From contig NC_068994.1 of NCBI RefSeq assembly GCF_001194135.2, positions 36,517,093 through 36,581,092 of the forward strand: DNA of 64,000 nt. Direction: 5' to 3'. The notes beneath the pieces are model-generated. The model searched no databases, was not told where the DNA came from, and saw nothing but the letters and a program-made list of their open reading frames with translations. The translations under genes were made by a program, and so were the position numbers. Within the stretch, counting starts at the first letter, position 1. Each line of letters begins with the position of its first letter. Positions 53,801-64,000 of the stretch are shown in pieces. The DNA is from Octopus bimaculoides (Eukaryota).

Positions 53801-54099
53801 ATGATATCCTATGGAACTCGAAAAGGTAAATAGAGAGGTATAAAAAAAGTGGGATAGAAGAAATAGAAAGATAGAATGGAAGCTGGGTAAACAAGAGGAG
53901 CCCAGGGCTGAAGGTAGATGCAAAGACAAAAGTATAAGACTAAACAGGTTAGTGGCCAAGCAGGAAAAGGAAGGTTGAAAGAAGAAATAGGATGCTCACA
54001 TGCAGGGAAGGAAAAGAGAGAAAACAAGTAGTGAAGGGCAGAAAGAAAGGCCAAGGAAGAGATAGAAAGCAAAGTAAAGATATATATATATATCTTCCT

Positions 54100-54806
54100 C
54101 ATCCCAGGAAGACCTGGGATGAGGTGGTGAGGCACGACCTTCAAACATTGGGCCTCACTGAGGTGATGACTTCTGACCGAGACCTTTGGAAATATGCTGT
54201 GCGTAAGAAGACCTGGCAAGCCAAGTGAGACCTAAATCCAAGGCCTCTGCCAGGAGTGTAGCCAGCCCACTTATGCATACCTTCCTTCATTGGATACTAA
54301 ACTCTGCTTGCGAAGACCTGTTGAGGCAAGTGAAATCGAACTAAATTCGATGGCTGGCATCCATGCCAACGTCGTCTCCTTCATTGGACATGAAACTCGG
54401 CTTGTGAAGACCTGTTGGGGTAAGCGAAATCGCGATGGCTCCTGTGCCTAGCGTCGCCTTCCTGGCACTTGTGCCAGTGGCACGTGTAAAGACATTCAAG
54501 CAAGATCATTGCCAGTGCCCCTGGACTGGTTCCTGTGCAGGTGGCACGTAAAATACACCACTTTGAGCGTGGCCGTTGCCAGTATTGCCTGACTGGCCCT
54601 TGTGCACACCTGACTGGCCCGGTGGCACGTAAAAGCACCCATTATACTCTCGGAGTGGTTGGCATTAGGAAGGTCATCCAGCTGTAGAAATTCTGCCAAA
54701 TCAGATTGGAGCCTGGTATAGCCATCTGGGTCACCAGTCCTCAGTCAAATCGTCCAACCCATGCTAACATGGAAAGCGGACGTTAAACGATGATGATGAT
54801 GATGAT
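54100..54806 (+). mobile_element. 5'-truncated RTE-clade LINE: end of ORF, 3'UTR and (GAT)6 tail
   Basis: PRKTWDEVVRHDLQTLGLTEVMTSDRDLWKYAVRKKT* (stop 54226-54228). GC-rich 3'UTR of about 560 nt with internal direct repeats. GATGATGAT tail at 54789-54806. Confidence 0.85.
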
Positions 54807-54877
54807 ATATATAGTAGAAATTTACAGAAAAACAAAAGGCCAAGACAGGTGTATGAACAACAGGCAGGTGTAAAGAG

Positions 54878-54925
<48 letters not shown>

Positions 54926-55759
54926 ATAGTGAACATTACTGCATATAAAGAAATTCTTAGATTTGTCTTTTGAGAAGTATTCTGTCAAATGAACAGAACT
55001 AGTATCATTTTTGAAAACTCACACACACACACACATGCATGCATATTATTTTGGTTGAGTTTAGTCTTTTGCTACCCAAAGTTTCACCCGTGGGTATACA
55101 GGATCTTTAAGCAAGTTATAACTTGCCTGAAACTCAAACTGACTAATCAAAATCGAATATATTATTATAGTATTGAGTATTCTTTTCTCAGATTGGTAAC
55201 ATACAAAAGAGTAATGCCATGAGGAACAACGACAATGGTTACAACAACAATAACAATGACAATGATACTATAGAGAAGAACAAACATACAAACATAGAAA
55301 GATACAAGCATGCCAAACTTAAGGACCAGATTAGCCGTAGTAGTAGCAGTAAAGATAAAGGAAACGTAGGGTCAGCAGAATGGGAGAAAATAGCCATAAA
55401 CTTAATGGTGGGGCAGTAATAACAGTAACAACAACAACTCTAAAAATAAGAATAATGGCAATAATGAGACTGCGTACAACTACAACAACAATAATGGAAA
55501 CAACTATGTAAACATGCAAACCAATGCAAATATTACTGACAACAACAATACACCACCACCACCACCACCACCACCACCACCACCAATAACAACAACAGAC
55601 ACAACCAAGGAGATGGTAACCAGAGAAATGATATGATAGTTAGTAGTACAATGGGTATAAATGACACCAACCCTTTCTATTCTTTATTCATCAACCAATG
55701 GGATAAATCATACGATATGAGCGGATATGAGCTGTATTTATCCGACAACCCTACCCTTC

Positions 55760-56445
55760 AACAAAAGAGTTTGCATCTCTCAACAGACAAATGACAAAAT
55801 AGAAGCATGCTTCACCATAGTCAGTATTAAACTTTGACAAATTTTAGAACAATGTACTAGTAAACGGAATGATGGTAGAGAAGCACAGCAACTTGACAAG
55901 AAGTCTGCAAGTGGCCTCCGCAAGCTCATACAGCGCACAAGAAATAGGGAAGTTGTGTGCTTCCCCATGGACAAGTCCGGCAGAATGTTGGTAGACAATC
56001 TGCCTAACTACATCCAAGCGATGCAACCCCACATCATCAATATCAGGGAAACAACAATACGAGAGTATGAGGAGAGGGAGAAGATCCTCAGTGCTCATAT
56101 GATGATGTCGTCAAAGGGGCAAAGAAGCACACAGCCAATGACATGCTGGCACTGTATGGACTGTGCAAGGACAATAAGATGACTACTGACCCAGTGACAG
56201 GACTACCGATGAGACCAGTCTGCAGAGCCAAAGTTGCCAACAACTACCGGATCTCCTACTTCTTCTCAATGATCATACGCCCTCTGATAAAAATGTCTCC
56301 AGATGTGTGTGACAGCACAGAGGACCTCCTCAGCAGAATCAATGAGTGCAACCATGCCTTCGACCTGATGCGATGCATAATAGGCAGTATGGACGTAGTG
56401 TCCCTATACCCATCCATTGATGTTGATTTTGCTATAGGGAAAAAA
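55760..56445 (+). mobile_element. Penelope-like element RT fragment
   Basis: PMDKSGRM, LPMRPVC and IGSMDVVSLYPSIDVD motifs across two overlapping ORFs (55955-56182, 56143-56469). GC-richer than the flanks. Confidence 0.75.
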
Positions 56446-56769
56446 AAGAAGAAGAGCAGTAATAAATGAGTGAAAAACAAATATATAGTGCATGTGTTTA
56501 TCTGTCGAAAAAAAAAATGACCATTCCGAAATGTAACAATATCTGTTTCAACCCATTTGTTTGTTTTTATATATACATTATTTTACTTCTTCCATTGGCC
56601 TACAAGCATCCTTCAAGATTTTAGTTCTTTATATTGACTCCAGTACCTATTTTATCAACCTCTGTTTGTCAGATGGCTTGTTTACAGCATATTAAGAGAC
56701 ACAAAATAAATAACACTGGTTTTAAGGTTGATGTAATCATAAACAGAAAAGCATACACATGCATACATG

Positions 56770-57866
56770 GGATCCAGACAAAATCCCCTCAAACAAAACC
56801 CCCTAAGTTAAAGTGCAAAAGCAGAAAACTTCCATGGCTATATTTTTGGTGGTGTACAATAAACATCCCAACACTTTTCTTTTTACTTTTTTCAGATTCC
56901 TATGTTTTTGTTATCAGAGATTCCGATTCTGACCAAAAATTGGCATTTCAAAATTTAGATTCTACCCCACAAATTCTTTTTCCTTGTGAAATTTTTTTTT
57001 TGGGGGGGGGGGATTCTACATAGAAAAATACAGCCATTATGATTCTGCAATAGTTTTATTCTAAAATTTCAGTTTGAAAAAAAAAAAAAAACAATTGACA
57101 CCCCTCCCACCCCACTCAACACTAATATTCTGGATGTTTTTAAACTTGTTCACTCATTTGCACATGTATAGGCGATTTTCAACCAGTGCATGCAGTTAAG
57201 CCTAGAAGTTCTCTCCACATGCTAGAAATAACAATTATAAAATATAATTATAAGAATAATAAATTATAACAATTTTTAAAATTATATGTAAACAAAAGCA
57301 GAAATTGCTGTTGCAAAGAACTTCTGTTTTCCAATATTCCAATTTTTAAATATACAAAAATATATTCAATTGAAAATAAGCATGTAGAATAAAATAACAG
57401 AACACAAGAGACTTTACTGCCAAATGTACATATTTTCTGAATTCTAACATATAATTAACTTCAAATGTCTTTTACAAGTCAAAAATATTCATCATCATCA
57501 CCATCATCATCATCACCACCACCAACATCATCACTGATACCATCATCATCAACACTATCTGTATCACCATCACCACCTCCAAAACTGTGACTAGTAATAA
57601 AACTACCATTACTACTACTAACAGCAACAAACTCAGTCTCATTTATCATGATCATGATCATGATTAACACTGCGTTTTAGGCAAAAAAAAAAAATGCTGA
57701 GTTTTTGTTAGGGTCTGAATCTCCATTGCAGAAAACGATGAGATCTGTAAAAAAAAAAAAAAAAAAAAATGGGTGGGGTGCTTTTTGTACACCTCTACCA
57801 AAAATATAACCAAGGTGGGGTGGTGGGTCTGAAGGGGTTTTGCCCCAGGGGTGTTTTATCCTACAC
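56770..57866. mobile_element. Possible old TIR element (degenerate inverted ends)
   Basis: GACAAAATCCCCTCAAACAAAACCCC near 56776 versus GGGGTTTTGCCCCAGGGGTGTTTTATCC near 57834. No clear TSD. Confidence 0.3.
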
Positions 57867-59422
57867 TCTGCATACATGCATGTGCACACAAATACATAAG
57901 TGTACGTGCACACACACACACAAATACATACATGTGCACACACATGCACACGACAGGATTTTATTCAGTTTAGGTGATTCACATTCAGCACAAAAGACAT
58001 TGGTCAGTACAAAACTACACCTAAGCTCCTCATCCAAGATGCTGCGGAGTGAGATCAGAGCTATTTGGTTTTGAAGCAAACTTCTTAAGTACAAAGCCAT
58101 GAATAATATAATATACTGTCATATATCACAACACACTTTTATAAATAAGAGTACATATGTGTATAAATATATATGCATATTTGTATGTATATTATATTAC
58201 TTATATATAAAAAAATGTGTGTATGCATATATATATATATATATTTATACATACACACAAACATTTATGCACACACATATTTAGGTATGTATGTATATTT
58301 AATGTATGTGTGTGTAAATATTAACGCCATATATCTTCATTAATGCCGTTGCAAGAAAAAAAAAATGGTAAGTGTTAATTTCCTCCAATAAACAATAATT
58401 CCAGAGTTCAAAGAATTCATAGGTTTAGGTGTATGGCAGCGATAAAAAATATCTTACTTGAAAAACATGAAAAAAATAACATCCTCCCTCAACAAGTGTC
58501 ATTTAATTCATCAAGCAATGGAAGAAATATATATAAAACTGATGAAGATGATGATGATGATGATGAAGACATACATGCAGCACGCACGCACGCGCGTACA
58601 CACACACACACACACACTAATTTTACCCATTGGTAAATGTAACCAGCTTATATTTCAGTATTGCATCTAAATTTTCTATCACTATCTTGATATGAGTCAC
58701 CTCCCTTGCACCATTTTCTTTGACCATCAAGTATATATATATATATATAAATATATATATATATGTATATATATATGTATGCGTGTGTGTATGTGTATAC
58801 ATACAAGTATATAACATGCACACATACACATGTACATGTACACTCACACAGACACGTGTGTTTGTGTATGTGTGTATAGATATATTGCTCTGCACATTCT
58901 ATGTGTATACATATATTGCATATACATTAAGCAGTTTTACATGTTTTCCTTTTTTTTTTATTATCTCAGACATTTTATTTTTTTACAATTTACTGTTAGA
59001 ATGATGTTGTCAAGAAATAAATGAATTGATAAACTAATAAATAACAAATATTTCTACTTCTCAATGAAACTGTTTTATCATTAAAAGCCATCAGACGGTT
59101 ATTAGAAGCTGACAAAATCAGGAGAGATCTAGTTAGAGAAACAGTGCCTAACGTTGTGACAACTACAAACATAAAAGTATTTAGCTTCTTAGATGTTGTC
59201 TTAAATCATAACATATGTATTGGGAACAATACAAGAAGTGTAATGACAATCTTGTTTACTAAAGTGCAGATTAGGCTGTGTGGTTTAGAAGCTTGCTTCA
59301 CAGCCATGTGCTCTTGGGTTCAGAACTACTGTGTGACACCTTGGGCAACTGTCTTCTACTATAGCCTTGGGTTGACCAAAGTATTATGAATAGAATTAGT
59401 TAACAGAAAGTGAAATAAGTTC

Positions 59423-59468
<46 letters not shown>

Positions 59469-59770
59469 GCCACTCATATTTTGTTAATTTGCTAGTTCAC
59501 TATGGTGAAGTGCCTGAAGGGTGACTCCCTCATTGCACTGGCTATTAAAACACCTGAAAGTTATAGATAGGTGAGGCAACTTTCCCCAGATCTCCTTCTG
59601 GAGTAATGGATACTGCTATTTTACACTTTTTGTGACTTATCAACAAAATGTACTGAATTGGACTTGAGATGAACTGAATTGCTAGTTTATGACTATATAT
59701 AAATGGTGCAAAAGCTATTTATATTTATGCCATGATGATGTGTACACAAGATTAAATTCAGTTATTTAAG

Positions 59771-59801
<31 letters not shown>

Positions 59802-60536
59802 AACATGTAAACTCATCTCAACATCATGTAAATGGTTGTAAATGAGTATCATTATTATACAAGCAAAATTGTTTTTTTTCCAGTTTTCTGTGAAATGCAT
59901 GTATAGTTATGGACAAATATTACCTTGCTTGGAAACAAGTGAGAGTGGGCAATAAGGGTATCAGACCACAGAAAATCTGCCTCAGGAATTCCGTCTGAAT
60001 CATGCAAGCATGGAAAAGTGGATGTTAAATGATGATTAACAAAAACTTCAACAACTCAACTTCCAGTTTTAAGAATCTTGTTAGCAACTTTCTTAAATGT
60101 ATTTCAAGTAGTACTTTAGACAGAACAACATTTGAGAGAGTTGCAAAGTACTATGGGAAATAATTAGAGAATAGAGAATTTTGAGAAAAGATTAACTCTC
60201 TTCCTAACATGAACAACTCTCAAAAAGTATAAAAACTAAAGCCATAATCTAACTGGTTTCAGCCTATCCTGTAAGCTCAATGGAAAATTCCTTATTTCCA
60301 AGAAATACTTAAATTTCTTTCAGAAACACTACTTCACAAAGCACAAATATACCAAGTTATTTAATTGGCAAAAATGAAAACTTACCTACTATAGCATGAT
60401 TAATAAAAATAGTCAGCACACAAATTATCCAATAGGTATCTCAGTGAACTTAATAATGTTACAAAGCTCAAAGCCAAATATGTGGATATTTCTCTGAATA
60501 TACATACAAACATACATGTGTATATATATATATATA

Positions 60537-60616
<80 letters not shown>

Positions 60617-60734
60617 AAATTGAAAACAGAACACAAAGGATATCGTGGTACACGTGTTTCAAGCTTTATAAACAATCTGTCATTACATCAGTATAGGTAT
60701 ATTGTTTCAGCTTTAATAATCAAGTATATATATA

Positions 60735-62019
60735 TTAGACTATCCCATAAATAATGCGTTTTTTTTCAATTACATGAACTAAAAGTCAGAGGGGGATGGG
60801 ATAAAGTACCTCCATCAACTTGCAATAAAAACAGGTAGTAATCGTACCTTCCCTTATTCTTAGTGCAAGTTCTGAAGAGTGCAGTTCTATTTTAACAGTT
60901 GTTTTTTCAAAGCTATAATGGAAGTGACAAAAGAGCATATTGAGCATACTTTACTTTACGAGTTCAATAAAGGCAACAATGCAATGGAAAATGCAAGGAA
61001 TATTAATGCAGTAAATGAGGATTGTGCAATAAATGTAAGCCAATGTCAATGGTGGTTCCAGAAATTCTGAGCCAGAAACCACAGCTTAGAAGACAAGCCT
61101 CATCCTGGAAGATCTGTAGAGCTTGATGAGGATGTATTGTAAACCCTGGTGGAACAACAAGATCCCATTGTAACTGTTGAGGAACTTGCTGAGAAGCTTG
61201 GATTTGGTCATTCAACCATTCATCGACACCTGTGTGCCATTGGAAAAATCAGCAAATTGGGTCAATGGGTTCCTCACAAACTTTCCAAGTTTAATGCAGA
61301 GAGTGAATGTGTGCTCTTCTTTGCTGTCATGTCTCATGAATGTACCGTTTTTGGACTGAATAGTGACTGGTGAAGAGAAATGGGTTCTCTATAGAAATGT
61401 TAAGCACCGAAGGCATTTGGTAGGGAAAGGAGAAACACTGGTACTCCAGATTAAAGAAGATCTTCACCCATGTAAGGTATTATTATGTTTGGTGGGATAT
61501 GAAAGGTTTAATCCACTTTGAACTTTTAAACCCATACCAAATGATAGCAAAGGAGATCTACTGCAAGCAACTTGGGTGGCTGCAGTCAGTGCTAGAAGAA
61601 AAATGACCATCATTGATTTCAAGACAAAAGGTGTTCTTTCATCAGGATAGTGCTCAGCCACGTACAGTGAGGATGACATTCCAAAGGCTGGAGTAGTTTG
61701 ACTGAGAAATGATGCCCCATCCACCATATTCACCGGACATTGCTCCATCTGATTATCATTTATTCTGTAGTCTTCAAAATCATTTGGATGGAAAATATAT
61801 GAATTCTGCAGACGAGGTCAGAACAGTACTGGAGGAGTATCTTTCATCAAGGACAAGTGAATTTTGGAAGAGGGGCCTTGCAAGTTTACCACATAGATAG
61901 AAGAACACTGTAGAAAATGAAGGAGAGTATATTTTAGATTTAAAAAGAATTTTGTTTATATAAATTTTGAAAAATAAAAGAAGTATAAATAAACCCACAT
62001 TATTTATGGGATTACCCAA
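60735..62019 (+). mobile_element. Full-length inactive mariner (DD34D)
   Basis: TA-flanked TIRs TTAGACTATCCCATAAATAATGCG / CACATTATTTATGGGATTACCCAA. Transposase relic MEVTKEHIEHTLLYEFNKG...GRSVE...WVPHKL...HQDSAQP...PHPPYSPDIAPSDYHLF with stops and frameshifts. Confidence 0.92.
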
Positions 62020-63382
62020 TATATATATATTCAGTTATGAATTTGAAGCAGTGCTAGTGTTGAAGAGGCACAAAAAATGGCAAAATATCGGTATCCATCC
62101 CTCCTGAATGAGATATGGGGTAAGTTGTCTTGCCAGTTTTTGGACATTCAGGTGTTTTAACAACCAGCACTTTGAGGGAGTCATCCCCACTGTGCTAAAT
62201 AGCAGTGCAACAGCAAACAAACAAAGCATATACATTGAGAAAATAGTGGCCAAAATAAGTTATGCTCTTGAGCAATTCGTGTAAATTTGACTCAATGATC
62301 TGCCAAGGCATACTTCCATTTTCAGGAGAGATATAAACATCTAGATCATATATCAGAATGTACCAGCTTTAAGAGCTTGTATTTAAACCATAAATTACTT
62401 TAGATATTCAGATGAAGAAAAACAACACACTATTATCAGGGTGTACACAGCACCTGAAAGTTTACAATATTCCCATCTTTTATGTCACATGTACCCCAAT
62501 GTTCAAATAGCAACAGTTTCTTTAATTATGAAAAATACTTAATCCTTACTAAAACAACAAATACAATAAAAATAAGGCCAGAGTTACAGATTGTTGTAGC
62601 AGAAACAAATTCATCTTTCAAACCACAACAAAACAATGAACTGGAGTAAATAAACAAGAATGAAAAGCTGTTTGACAATTATCCTGTACACAAGAACAAA
62701 CTAGAAATAAATCTGTCAAATTATGCTGATAAACTCTGAAGGAAATAGTTAGTTTTTTTAACAGCCATCCCATTCTGAGAAATATCTATGACAGAGACAT
62801 AGAACACTCTAAACTGGAACTATGACTATGTTTGTGTGTAAATTATGGCTATGACACTAAACTGCGTCCATTAGTAATGCTCCAGTTCAGAAGATGTTGG
62901 GGTATGCATGCAGTCACTACTTAATTACCATTACTTCCAAGTTTCTTCTGACCCAGTATGGTAGAACTTGTCAGAGTTAAATATATTTCCCAGGGGTAGA
63001 GGAGGCTTTCCTTATTTTTGACAAAGCTGTGGTGAAGGCAGCTCTTCTAGAACGAAGATACTCTGACGTTAAACTTACTGTCAAATTAGTACTAGTCATC
63101 TTGTGGTGCTTGTCACTAGAGCTTACTGTGGCAACCAAGAAAGTGACAAAAGTATTGCACAGGTTTTTTGTCACTTAAAACCAGTGATGTATGGATGTCT
63201 CATTATCATTTCATTTCTTGATTTATTTTCTATTTTATAAAGTCCTATGGTGATGGATGTTTGGTGTGAAAAGTCATATCTGCACACATACAGAGATGAA
63301 AGTAAATCAGAACAATTAGGCTGAATGTGAGATGGCTGTCATTTGACAAAGTGAGGCAATCATCATGTGTATGGACATATAC

Positions 63383-63455
63383 CTTTGTTTGAGGAGCTGG
63401 TTGTCTTTTTCTTCAGATCCATATAATTTAGAGTCAGATGAGGAACTCAGTTGAC
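63383..63455 (-). CDS. Candidate small coding exon (G-QLSSSSDSKLYGSEEKDNQLLKQ; phase 1 to 2)
   Basis: ATTTATTGAGTAACAG|GTCAACTG...CAAAG|GTATAT. Only the phase-1 frame is open. Ser-rich unique sequence; no homology anchor. Confidence 0.3.
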
Positions 63456-63524
63456 CTGTTACTCAATAAATATAACCCCCAGTTATATGGTTTGAGTGTT
63501 ACTTCCTTTCATCTGTTCACTCAG

Positions 63525-63580
<56 letters not shown>

Positions 63581-64000
63581 CAAGAAAAATGAAATTCATG
63601 AGACTCTTTATTCACTATGATCATGTTGGCCTATCAGGCATTGATACCTTGCAGGTGAGATGCTGTACCAACAATTGTGGTGCATCATAAATGCAGATGT
63701 GTCTCTTCAGGTGTCTTGTGAATCCCATTTCCTTTCTCTCATATTCTTATAAACTCTATGGACACAAAGGAATTCCTGAAGTAAATCCAGTGATATATAC
63801 CACCATACTGTTGATGACATAAGGTAGTGGAATACTGTCAACAGGCTTTAAACAGTATATCACAAGGTGTATAACCATATACAAAATTATTTTTTGGATG
63901 CGACTCTACTCTATACTGTTTTGTCTCTCATCCTTTTCTCTAATTCCCTTTTTATTCCCTTCACCATTTTCTATCTGTCTGTCTGTCTGTCTGTCTCTCT

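Noticed and set aside
63648-63776. Third YETLP-like exon (TTACTTCAG|GAA...GCAAG|GTATCA)
   Set aside because: Stops in all three frames and only vague similarity (GNG...YDAP).

Overview
AT-rich, microsatellite- and transposon-dense animal genomic DNA with eight N-gaps. The protocadherin features and repeat families suggest a coleoid cephalopod such as Octopus; this taxon call is an inference. The one clear gene is a minus-strand protocadherin (gene A). Its large exon (9372-6946, ATG at 9333) encodes the signal peptide, six cadherin repeats, the TM helix and the proximal tail. It is followed by a phase-compatible tail exon (5699-5543, ending YETLP-G) and a probable terminal exon (3183-2978), giving about 916 aa. 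A probable non-coding upstream exon ends at 14046. A paralogous copy of the YETLP tail exon lies at 44812-44662 with the same splice phases and a GC donor. It is flanked by a candidate 15-nt microexon and candidate terminal exons, but no ectodomain exon is visible in the 19 kb upstream. Further phase-compatible small-exon candidates lie at 62.9-63.9 kb. This fits a tandem protocadherin cluster with modular cytoplasmic exons; whether tails are shared or swapped is untested. The rest is decayed mobile DNA: a DD36E-spaced Tc1-like element, three mariners (one internally inverted), hAT- and Tc1-type MITEs, RTE LINE remnants, a Penelope-like RT fragment and many SINE/LINE-tail copies. All splice models were made by eye and need RNA evidence.
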